From positions 7,013 through 71,012 of the forward strand of contig DAONFJ010000001.1 in the NCBI GenBank assembly GCA_035403545.1: a DNA stretch of 64,000 nucleotides, given 5' to 3'. Positions 9,062 through 18,900 of this stretch are shown one piece after another. Made by a program: the position numbers and the translations under genes. The stretch's first letter is position 1. Every line of letters starts with the position of its first letter. This DNA comes from Spirochaetota bacterium. GTDB taxonomy: Bacteria; Spirochaetota; UBA4802; UBA5550. Below the pieces are notes generated by a model. That model was not told the origin of the DNA. It saw nothing but the letters and a program-made list of their open reading frames with translations, and searched no databases.

Positions 9062-11656
9062 ATGAAGAGAAACAGTCTTATTGTTTTGATAACATTGACA
9101 TTTTTAATGCCTGGTCCGGAAATACTCCTTCCGGCAGTTATTCCTCCATGCGAAAATAATTCAGTAACCCTTGCCGGCGAACTCTCATATGAAATATTGC
9201 AGAACCCTTCAGGTGAACTGATTCCGTCTTATATTGAAAAACTCATGGAAATTGCGCCAGCGGCAGGAAAGACGAAAATTATCCTGACATTTAAGGAAGC
9301 CGCCAAAAAACTTAAAGAAGAAAAGGGGGGCTCTCCTCTCACATTACAGCTCCTCAGGCTGTCAATTGATGAGTTGGAGGGTAATGATGATGAGAGCATA
9401 AAAAGCTTTTCAATCATCAAAAAGTGGAATATTTCCGGACCATGGAGGCGATACGGTAAACCGGATATTGATTATGAATTTTATCCTGAGAAAATATTTA
9501 AAATTGATAACATTGAAAAAGGGATAAATTTTTCAACAGATGAAAATGGATTACTGTATCCGTTTAAATATAAACATGAGGCTGATGAAACATACTATGC
9601 TTCATGTTCTTTTCCGGTTGAAGCCGGAATTATTATCTGGATTGTATCAGACGCTGAATACAAACTTATAGTCAACGGCCGGGGAATTTCACAGAATAAA
9701 ACCGGCGGGAAAAAAATTACTAAAGCCTTCTCTCTTAAAGGATCAAGGGGATATACTATACAGGTAAAGATGCAGTGCGGATCAGAAAATGATTATCCGT
9801 TTATCCGCGGAATGATTACAGATGAAAACCATAATCCGCTAAAACTGATTCACAGCAGTTCAGTTTATAGCTATAATTTCACGGCAGAAAAAATTTTTAG
9901 TTCCGATGAAATAGAAAAATCGGAACCGCAGGAACCATTTGTCCTGACACGCCGGATGAGTGAGCTGATTCAGTCGGGCGATTATATCGGCGGTTATAAA
10001 CTTGGAGTTTCCATTACAGAAAAATTTCCATCATACTTTTTCGCTTATCAGGAATTCATCCCTCTCCTTGACATTATGGGCATGGATGATGAGTTCAATG
10101 CGGGTATTGAAAAATTCCGTAAAACATTTCCCGATTCCCTCATGCACCAGATGTGGCTTGCTGATTTCTATATGACGAGGGGTAAAGAAAAATTCAGCGG
10201 GATAATGAAATCTGCCGGAGTAAATCAGGTGTCAGACAAATCAATTGAGTCATACTTCTATCTGTTATGTGGTCAAAAAAAATATTCCGAGGCACTCACT
10301 CTCTGCTCTTCAGCAGGAAATAATCCCTGGTTCAGATATTTGATCCCGGAAGTTACAAAATTGTCGGGTGACAATAACTTATGGAGGAAGTCGCTTCTTG
10401 AAGGAGCGGCTGTTAGTGATGAAGCTGACTTTTACTACCAGCTCGGTCTTGCCGAGATGGAGCTTGGACTTGATCCGGTAATGTACTGGAAAAAAGGGTA
10501 TTCGCTTGATGAAGACTCAGGAATGATGCGGGATTTATCCGACCTTTATGAAAACAGTATTCTTGGCGCGAATGATTACTATACCGGGATATATACAGAC
10601 CTGCACCCTGAATTCGGATGGAACGGGAAAAAAAGAAAAGTGTCGATACACATTTTTGAATCTGGAAGAGTAGTGCTTGAAGGCGAGGACATTATTCCAT
10701 CGGGGAGTAAACTCCGGAAAAAAAAATATTCTCAGGGAGAAATAGAATATTCGTCAGGAGAAATTAAAACAAGTGTCCCTGGCATTAACGGAATTAAGAT
10801 TCTCTATGTTTTAACTGCAAAGGACGGGCTTCCTTCTGCTGTAGATTTTAAATCCCGGTTAACCGGTAAAAACAGATTAACTGTAAATTATAAATGCAGC
10901 GGAGAGGAGGAATTTTCTGTAATTAAATACTCCGGCGAATACCGGAAAGATGAAACAGAAATTTTTACTCTGCTTAAAGAACTGATCCTCAAAGCCCCGT
11001 ATGAAAATATTTCACAGCTTGAATATGAAGTAATATGCCATGGAAATTTTATACCTCTTGTGAGATATAAAGGAACTGCTCTGCCAGCAGGGAAATATTC
11101 CGATGGAATTATTAAATTTGTGATTAGTGAAAAGTTTGAAGAGGGTGATAGTGAAAGTGTAGTATCAGAAATTTTAAAATTTTCATCTGACAGTGCTGCT
11201 GCTGAATGGTACAGTAAAGTTATTTCATATTCTGGAAAACATGCGATTAGGGTGAAGATGGAAATTTCTGAAAATGAGAAAACAGAAAATATAATAAAAT
11301 GGATACATTTTTATGTTATGGCATCAGTCTCGAAGCGGGACAGCGTGAATTTCAGTCCCGGGGACACTGCATCAGTTTTAACAAATGGCAGGGGTAGTGT
11401 TGAAGAGAGAACTCTACTTGCAAAAGCGATTCTTGATCAAAAGGGGATAAAGTCTTTTATTTCATTCAGAAAAAACAGGACTGGATTAATTGACAGAATT
11501 CTCCTCTATGTTCCTGAGAAGAGAGACAGCGGATACTGGCTTGATTTTTATGGAGAAGGTATTTTAGATAAAACGGAATCCGGATATGATGCTCTTGTTA
11601 TTACCGGAGAAGGTTGTGAAACATTCCCGGTCAATCCTGAAACCTATATCAGGTAA
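9062..11656 (+). CDS. large secreted/lipoprotein-like hypothetical protein (864 aa)
   Basis: N-terminal hydrophobic signal region MKRNSLIVLITLTFLMPG; GGAG site 9 nt upstream; no catalytic motif recognised. Confidence 0.6.
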   Translation: MKRNSLIVLITLTFLMPGPEILLPAVIPPCENNSVTLAGELSYEILQNPSGELIPSYIEKLMEIAPAAGKTKIILTFKEAAKKLKEEKGGSPLTLQLLRLSIDELEGNDDESIKSFSIIKKWNISGPWRRYGKPDIDYEFYPEKIFKIDNIEKGINFSTDENGLLYPFKYKHEADETYYASCSFPVEAGIIIWIVSDAEYKLIVNGRGISQNKTGGKKITKAFSLKGSRGYTIQVKMQCGSENDYPFIRGMITDENHNPLKLIHSSSVYSYNFTAEKIFSSDEIEKSEPQEPFVLTRRMSELIQSGDYIGGYKLGVSITEKFPSYFFAYQEFIPLLDIMGMDDEFNAGIEKFRKTFPDSLMHQMWLADFYMTRGKEKFSGIMKSAGVNQVSDKSIESYFYLLCGQKKYSEALTLCSSAGNNPWFRYLIPEVTKLSGDNNLWRKSLLEGAAVSDEADFYYQLGLAEMELGLDPVMYWKKGYSLDEDSGMMRDLSDLYENSILGANDYYTGIYTDLHPEFGWNGKKRKVSIHIFESGRVVLEGEDIIPSGSKLRKKKYSQGEIEYSSGEIKTSVPGINGIKILYVLTAKDGLPSAVDFKSRLTGKNRLTVNYKCSGEEEFSVIKYSGEYRKDETEIFTLLKELILKAPYENISQLEYEVICHGNFIPLVRYKGTALPAGKYSDGIIKFVISEKFEEGDSESVVSEILKFSSDSAAAEWYSKVISYSGKHAIRVKMEISENEKTENIIKWIHFYVMASVSKRDSVNFSPGDTASVLTNGRGSVEERTLLAKAILDQKGIKSFISFRKNRTGLIDRILLYVPEKRDSGYWLDFYGEGILDKTESGYDALVITGEGCETFPVNPETYIR

Positions 11657-11681
11657 GAGTACCTGATATTATGGTACTCTA
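11657..11681. terminator. 8-bp perfect inverted repeat AGAGTACC-N9-GGTACTCT between convergent genes
   Basis: Begins 1 nt after the stop of the 864-aa gene and overlaps the stop of the small minus-strand ORF. Confidence 0.35.
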
Positions 11682-11777
11682 TTTACCGGCTAATTTAGCT
11701 TTAAGAGCAATTTTTTTTCTCTTTAATCTTCTTTTAGCTCTTTTTCTTTTTATAACTGGTTTGTACTGTTTTCCCAC
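11679..11777 (-). CDS. very basic 32-aa protein (MGKQYKPVIKRKRAKRRLKRKKIALKAKLAGK)
   Basis: GTG start with a GGAGG site 6 nt upstream; an in-frame stop 5 codons upstream. 13 of 32 residues are K/R. Not in the ORF track (below 60 aa). Confidence 0.35.
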   Translation of the reverse strand: MGKQYKPVIKRKRAKRRLKRKKIALKAKLAGK

Positions 11778-11849
11778 GTGAATCCTCCGGATTTATATTG
11801 CTTTTTGCATAAGAAATAATTAGATAAAGTTTGTCAATAAGAATTGTTG

Positions 11850-11882
11850 GGGCTAAAAATCTTTAGCCCGTACAGTACGGGG
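11850..11882 (-). terminator. tandem hairpins downstream of cutA (GGGCTAAA-aatc-TTTAGCCC and CCGTAC-a-GTACGG)
   Basis: Perfect 8-bp and 6-bp inverted repeats about 50 nt past the cutA stop, with flanking T/A runs. Confidence 0.35.
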
Positions 11883-11932
11883 CAAAAAATATGTAGTGAT
11901 TATAGATTTTTAACTACTACAAGGTAAATGCA

Positions 11933-12247
11933 TCATTTTGTCTCATTTCGTATCCATTGAATATAATCAGCATTCCCGTCTATAATTGGGATTGCTACGA
12001 TGCATGGGCATTTATAGCTATGAAGAGTCTTTACATTTTCAATAAGCTCATTAACGAGTGCTTTTTTTGTTTTAGCGATTATTATTACCTCCTGGCTGGT
12101 TTCAATCTTCCCCTCCCAGTGGTAGATAGATTTCATGTTTTCTATAATATTTACACATGCAGCCAGTCGTCTGGAAACAAGATTACGCCCTATGATTTCA
12201 GCTTCTTCTGATGAATTTGTAGTGATGTAGATCATGCATTCTGACAT
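11933..12247 (-). CDS. cutA: divalent-cation tolerance protein CutA
   Basis: Strong match to the CutA1 fold pattern: RRLAACVNI...SIYHWEGKIE...KTLHSYKCPCIVAIPI. Confidence 0.85.
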   Translation of the reverse strand: MSECMIYITTNSSEEAEIIGRNLVSRRLAACVNIIENMKSIYHWEGKIETSQEVIIIAKTKKALVNELIENVKTLHSYKCPCIVAIPIIDGNADYIQWIRNETK

Positions 12248-12453
12248 TTTTTACCTCTTTAAAATTAAAGCATAATATTTTTGTGCCTGTAAGATATTTA
12301 TGCATCTGTATTTATAAAGTGTAATCAATCCTGTGTATATTGTAAAATAAATTTTTGTTTGATTAAATGTTAATGTAATGAAATACTTGATATTGATGAG
12401 AATTTCAGGAGTACATACCCTTTTGTTCTCTTTTAGCGCAGGCGGAGGTAATT

Positions 12454-13329
12454 ATGAAGCTTACCAGTGAAGCAAAAGTCGGATTTATCATAACGTTGAG
12501 TTTCACTATTTTCATACTTATTGTTGCTCTCCTTGCTAAAATTAATGTGGCAAGATCAGGTTATGAACTGGGAATATATTTCGGATTTTTGAATGACCTG
12601 AGTGTCGGGGCGCCGGTGAATATTGCAGGCGGGATAAAAATCGGACAGGTTACTGCCATCAGGCAGTCCGGTGAAAAGACGGAAGTGGTTGTCTGGATAG
12701 ATAATAAGTACAAACTGATCAAAGACACCAAGTTCGCAATTTTTACGAAGGGTATAATCGGCAGCAAATATATAAATGTTTTCGTTCCTCCGTCTGTCAA
12801 TGTTGAGGATTTTCTGAAAGATGGTGACCGGGTTTATGGAATTGATCCTCCTAGTTTTGACCAGATGATGCTGATTTTTCAGGGATTTATGCAGGATGAG
12901 AGCGGCGGTGAGATGCTGGCTGATATTTTCAAGAATTCAAAACAATTCATAGAAAATCTTAATGCTATTTCAAGAGATAATAAAGGAGATATAAGGCAGA
13001 CTGTTCTTGTCACAAAGGCCAGTGTGTTTCTTTTCTCTCAGCAGATGAGACTCTTCATGGATGAGCTCAACAGATTTACAGGGAACATGGCGAGCTTATC
13101 TGAAAAAAATAAACAGGATGTGACAATAATCATAAAAAATATGTCTGAGATTTCAGGTAATCTCAATAAAATTATACAGAGACTTGAACAGGGGCGAGGC
13201 TCACTTGGGAAGCTTATGAATGATGAAGAAATTTATTATAACATAAAAGACGCGTCACAATCGGCGAGAGATCTTTTCGGCGATCTCAAGCAGGATCCTT
13301 CAAAACTTTTCTTCAAGCAGAAACAGTAA
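12454..13329 (+). CDS. MCE/MlaD family protein
   Basis: N-terminal TM helix followed by the MCE domain (LNDLSVGAPVNIAGGIKIGQVTAI); GGAGGT site upstream. Confidence 0.8.
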   Translation: MKLTSEAKVGFIITLSFTIFILIVALLAKINVARSGYELGIYFGFLNDLSVGAPVNIAGGIKIGQVTAIRQSGEKTEVVVWIDNKYKLIKDTKFAIFTKGIIGSKYINVFVPPSVNVEDFLKDGDRVYGIDPPSFDQMMLIFQGFMQDESGGEMLADIFKNSKQFIENLNAISRDNKGDIRQTVLVTKASVFLFSQQMRLFMDELNRFTGNMASLSEKNKQDVTIIIKNMSEISGNLNKIIQRLEQGRGSLGKLMNDEEIYYNIKDASQSARDLFGDLKQDPSKLFFKQKQ

Positions 13330-13330
13330 T

Positions 13331-14668
13331 ATGGCAAAGAAAACAGATTTTTATTTCTGTACTGCATGCGGTGCGGATTACTCGAAATGGAACGGCCGGT
13401 GTACCTCCTGCGGCGAATGGAATACTATAGCTGAAAAAACTGAAGCAGCTTCATCAGGGAGAAGACTTCGCGAAGCACCAACCGCTGTTCTGCTCAGTAC
13501 AGTTGATAAAGAGAAAACTCTCAGGGGCAAATCGGGTATAACCGAGTTTGATCTTGTATGCGGCGGGGGTGTTGTCCCTGGTTCAGTTATTCTTCTTGGA
13601 GGTGAGCCTGGAATCGGGAAGTCAACTCTTGCTTTGCAGATATCGGAAAAACTGAATGCTTTATACATCTCCGGAGAGGAATCTCCTGTGCAGATAAGGC
13701 AGAGAGGAGAACGTCTTTCGATCGATATGTCCCGGATTCATATCTCTGTTAATAATGAAGTTGATGATATAATTGAACTTGCGGAGAGCATTGTGCCCAG
13801 ATGCCTGATCATAGATTCTATACAGACAATATTTTCAGCGGAGATCCCGGGAATAATAGGTTCTGTAAGCCAGGTCAGGGAATCAGCTTCCAGGCTTGTT
13901 GATTTTGCGAAAAAGAAAGGGATTCCCGTTATACTGGTCGGACATATAACAAAGGATGGAAACATCGCAGGGCCGAAACTTCTTGAACATATAGTTGATA
14001 CAGTTCTTTATTTTGAAGGGGACTTTTCCAAAGATTACCGTGTACTGCGGGCTTTTAAAAACAGATATGGTTCAGTTAACGAGCTTGGCCTTTTCAGAAT
14101 GACAGAATCCGGCCTTGAAGAGGTAGTGGATAAGAATAAAATTTTTCTCAACCCATTTTTATCGGCGGCGCCTGGGAACGCAGTATCAGCTGCAGTTGAA
14201 GGCAGCAGGACAATTCTGTTTGAGGTTCAGGCTCTTGTCACATTTTCGAGTTTTTCAAATCCGAGAAGGCTCTCCGATGGTTTTGATATGAACAGGCTGA
14301 TTATAATCTGTGCAGTACTGGAAAAACATGCCGGACTGAAGCTCAGTAATTTTGATGTATTCATAAATGTATCGGGCGGATTCAATATTAATGAAACAGC
14401 CGGTGACCTTGCAGTGGCAGCAGCTATCGCCTCCAGCCTGAAGGAGAAAAGAGTTGAGGATGGAGCAGGATTTATCGGTGAGGTTTCACTGTCGGGAGAT
14501 ATAAGGCCTGTTTCGGGAATTGAAAAAAGGATTCAGGAGTTCCGTTATTCAGGTTTTAAAAAAATTTATGTTTCGCCTGCAGACCTCAGTAAGAGTAAAA
14601 AAGCAGGATTTGAAGGTGAAATTATCGCAGCAGCTTCGATTAACGAATTAATGAGCTCTTTATTTTAA
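13331..14668 (+). CDS. radA: DNA repair protein RadA/Sms
   Basis: CTACGADYSKWNGRCTSCGEWNT zinc ribbon, Walker A GEPGIGKST, KNRFG motif (AFKNRYGSVNELGLF), Lon-protease-like C-terminal domain. Confidence 0.95.
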   Translation: MAKKTDFYFCTACGADYSKWNGRCTSCGEWNTIAEKTEAASSGRRLREAPTAVLLSTVDKEKTLRGKSGITEFDLVCGGGVVPGSVILLGGEPGIGKSTLALQISEKLNALYISGEESPVQIRQRGERLSIDMSRIHISVNNEVDDIIELAESIVPRCLIIDSIQTIFSAEIPGIIGSVSQVRESASRLVDFAKKKGIPVILVGHITKDGNIAGPKLLEHIVDTVLYFEGDFSKDYRVLRAFKNRYGSVNELGLFRMTESGLEEVVDKNKIFLNPFLSAAPGNAVSAAVEGSRTILFEVQALVTFSSFSNPRRLSDGFDMNRLIIICAVLEKHAGLKLSNFDVFINVSGGFNINETAGDLAVAAAIASSLKEKRVEDGAGFIGEVSLSGDIRPVSGIEKRIQEFRYSGFKKIYVSPADLSKSKKAGFEGEIIAAASINELMSSLF

Positions 14669-14753
14669 AAGAAAAATTGTTGCTAAATATATATATATTG
14701 CTAAAATTGTATAAATATCATATTTTCCGGGAAAATAATTGATTTTGCATAAA

Positions 14754-14799
14754 ACCCCTTGTCCCTGCACCTCCTATATTACGGGGGAGCGGGGGCGGT
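14754..14799. repeat. GC-rich inverted-repeat element copy (CCCTGCACCTCC-tatatta-CGGGGGAGCGGGGGCGG)
   Basis: A GC-rich island in AT-rich intergenic DNA. Its arms resemble the elements at 59463-59483 and 60472-60566. Confidence 0.4.
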
Positions 14800-14874
14800 G
14801 AATAAAATTGTTGTTTTTAAATAAGGAAAGAATCAAAATCCGTCGAAAAGAGAATAAGGTTAAAAAAGATAAAA

Positions 14875-15869
14875 TGAGATTCAGAATAAGACATTATCAT
14901 AATAAATTTTCCAGAAAGTTCTATGAGAGCTACTTCATCTTTAAGAAAAAGAGGGAGAAAGTCTGGAAAAGATTTGTTGAAAAAGGCCATGAAAAAATGA
15001 CCGTTATGTTTATTCCGCATAATGAGAAGAAAATTTTCAACTTTCAGATATCTAAATTTATAATATTTTTCTTCCTGAGCCTTTTTATTTTTATCATCGT
15101 TACCTCGTCATATGCGGTTATTAAAAATAGGAATATTAAGAATGAGGAGAGAAAACTCCTCCTTTCATATAATGATATCAGAGCGGATCTTATCAGATAC
15201 GAGCAGCTTACAAATGAAATAACTGATATAATGGATGACCTCAAACCCGAGATTGAAGACCTGTATCAGCTTGCAGCCGGAACAGATGAAGTCGGAGATT
15301 TATGGGCATACAGAGATTTTGACCATGATGTAATGGAGGAACTTCTTAAGAATAAAAGAATAGTTCCGGATGAAATTTTTGCCATGAAAGAAGTACAGAA
15401 AGACTTAATGAGCACAACAAGCACAATCAAAACTATTAAGAATTTTATTGATGTCCGAAGTAAAGTAATTCAGGATATGCCGTCAATCATTCCAAATCCC
15501 GGTCATATATCCTCTCTGTTCGGATGGAGGAGATCTCCATTCGGCCATGGAAGAGATTTTCACACAGGTATTGATATTGCCGCATCAGCCGGTACTGTTA
15601 TCCGGTGTACTGCACCGGGTGTAGTTGTATCTTCAGGATGGATGGGAGGATATGGTAAAGCAGTCCGGATTCAGCATAAATTCGGTTATGATACAATTTA
15701 CGGACATATGAGTTCTGTCGCTGTGGGCAAAGGGGGCAAAGTAAATAAAGGAGACAGAATAGGATTTGTAGGTATGACCGGAAATGCTACTGGTAACCAC
15801 TGTCACTATGAAATCAGACTTGGGGATATACCAATTAACCCATATCCATATATGAGTAGAATGTGGTAA
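14875..15869 (+). CDS. M23 family metallopeptidase with a basic N-terminal tail and one TM helix (start uncertain: 14808 TTG, 14875 ATG or 14998 ATG)
   Basis: HTGIDIAA...GYG...HMS...GNHCHYE peptidase-M23 (LytM) signature. The N-terminal 60 residues are Lys/Arg-rich, followed by the hydrophobic segment FIIFFFLSLFIFIIV. Confidence 0.8.
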
Positions 15870-15944
15870 TATTTTTATTGCTCTGTTTTGAGTAGTATTG
15901 TATAATCAGCTGTTTAAAATAATAAAATACAGATCAACAGCTGA

Positions 15945-18900
15945 ATGTATAGAATATTTATAATTTACATATCCGCAATTATTCTCACTACCACTGTTAT
16001 ATATTATGCAGGGGCTCAGGAACATTCCGGTTTTAGAGAAAAAATGGTTCAATTTCTTGAGAAGACCGCCGGAAATAGTGAGCCTGAAAATAAAAAGAAT
16101 TCCGATAACAACGTATTTCTCCCCTCTGACGAAAAAAACGAATCTTTCTTTAACAGCAATGACTGGTCTGAATACGTCACAAATCCTGAATATAATGAAC
16201 ATCTGGCGCGGCTCAAAGAGGGCAATGTTTATTCAGATGAACAGGTCAATATTAATGCACTGGGTTCTGTAAAAGTAAATCTCAAATATGGTAAATCCTA
16301 TTATACTGACAGCAAGTATGCGCAGTACGATGAAGACCGTCCGCAATCACGGATTATTGATGCGGGATTCCTGCCGGAGCAGACAATTCTTCTTCATATG
16401 GATGGTACTATCGGTGATAGAATTACTGTATTTATAGATCATGACAGCAGGCGTTTGGAAGATCAGAACCATTACATTATGAATTACCGCGCGCTTGCGG
16501 ATGATGAAGTTATCAGGGAGATTAATGCCGGTGAAATAGATATAAAGTTTAATCATTCAAAATATGCGGTTTACGACAATACTGATGTAAAAGCATTGGG
16601 TGCAGATTTTACCATAGCCAGAGGTGATTTTAAATTAAAAGCATTCGGGAGTGTTGCCAGAGGGGAGACTACTGTTGAGTATTTTAAAGGGAACTCATCT
16701 CCCGGAGGAACAAAAATTTCAGATTACCAGTTTCTGAGAGGAACATACTATCAGCTTGAGCCTTTTAAAAAATATGATAATGTCACTGCGGTACCAACCG
16801 GTGTATCAGCCTACTCCCTTGTAACAATTACTTCAAATCCGTCTAATCCATCGACTTACAGCACTACTGCGGTAAATATATCACCAACAGGTTTTGAACT
16901 TTATATTGATGATCAGAATCAGTATAACAATTATAATGCCATTCACCTTACAGCGATTGACGGCGGATACTATACCAGGATGGTCAATGGTACTGATTAC
17001 TCTATCAATTATTCAACCGGTGTAATACATTTTTTACGGACTATCTCTGAAAGTTCACGGATATTTGCTGTTTACAACCGAAGCGGCGGTACTCTGGATC
17101 CATGCGCTCTCACTTCCGGTCCGGGAATATTTTCAGGCAGAATATTTGTTTTCATTAAATACGGCTACTCGATTGATGAAGATATCAATAAAAATTTTGT
17201 TCTTGATGCAGGGGAGGACAGAAACAATGACGGGAAGTTAAATCTCGATATTTATGAAATACGGTCTGTATACTATCTTGGTTCCAGAGATATACTCGCA
17301 TCGGATTTTACTCTGAATTTTTACGATGAAAATCAGATTATGACAGATACTGATAGAGCTTCACTGAGCAGTTATAAACTCGACCTGACCGGAGGTACTA
17401 TATTTTTTTCCACCAGGGAACCGTTCAGGCCATTACTCTCCTCTGCCAAAGCATCTGCGATATACAGTGAAATTACAAAAAAAGACGCATATCTCAGTTC
17501 AAGGTACAGGATGGTTTCTGAATACAATGTTGAAGCGCGGAGCTTTAAGCTGAAGCACGATAATTTAATCGAAAAAAGCGTAAGGGTAAAGATTAATGAA
17601 AGGGAAATTCCCGTATCTCTGTTCAGTGTAGATTACGACTCGGGTTACTTGTCTTTTACTGATTCCAATAATCCTGTAATAAGCTCTGATTCAAGAATTG
17701 AAGTTAAGTATGAATATCTTCCTTTCGGTTCAAAAGCTGAAAATTTTATCGGAGGAGTAAGAGCGGATTATAATGTAAATAAAAGTCTTAGAATAGGAGG
17801 AAGCATTCTTATCTCAAAAGACGGAAAGACTGAGATTGTTCCCGATGTGGGAAAAGAGAGTGAGCAGACACTTCTTTTCGAAGGCGACGCATCATTAAAA
17901 CTGACACAGGACCGGCTTGCCGATTTATATAATATTTTTGCAGAAAGAAAAAAGAAAATTATACCGGCTGAATTTTCAGCATACGCAGAGTACGCGAAAA
18001 GTATTAAAGATATAAATACATTCGGGAAAGCTCTTATTGATAATATGGAGACCTCCGATGAGATCGTATCAGTTTCTCTCTCTGAGAAAGACTGGATTTT
18101 GTCCTCCATGCCGGATTCTGAACCTCAAAGTAACCGTGGGGTGCTAAATTACTATTTCTACAGGAATCCTGATTCTCCGGAGACATTAAAAGGTGAGAGT
18201 TTTACGGCGGATAAAGTAAATTATTCTGTGAAGCCCGGACCTTTTAATGTCGCGATGGGCCATATAGCGGATAAAATTACTGATCAGGATCAGCAGAAAT
18301 CTCTCGTTTTCGATTTTAATTTTACTGCTGGTAGTGTAGTAAGCGCTGTAACAAGAAAGCTGTCAGATACAGCTATTGATCTTTCAGGCGCGCAGTACAT
18401 TGAGGTCTGGGTAAAATATGAAGGCAGCGCTGCTGACTCTGTGAATTTACTGATGGATTTGGGAACAGTTGATGAAGATTCAGATGGAGATGGTGTACTC
18501 GATACCGAAGATGCGAACAGAAACGGGTACATAGATTCAGAACCGTCATCGGGATATTCGGAGGATAGGGGTTTTCCTTTCAACGGGAATAATTTTACAA
18601 GATCAGGTTCCGGCCCCGGCCTGAGCAGTTCAACTATGGGTGATGGTGTTCTTACAAGCGAAGATCTTGACGGGAATGGAGTCCTGGACACAACAGAAAA
18701 TGTTTATACTGTAAATCTTGGTACTATTACACCGAACAGCGGAGCATGGCAGAAGATAAGAGTCTACATCGACTGGAGCAGTGTTACTGCATCAGAGATT
18801 CTTTCACTTCAGCAGACAAAAAGTATAAGGCTTTACCTGAGGCAGAGCAGCGGTACTACCGGAAGAGTTTCAATAGACACGCTTAAAGTGATAAGTTCAA

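Noticed and set aside
11957-12211. An 84-aa plus-strand ORF.
   Set aside because: It is entirely antisense to the well-supported cutA gene.
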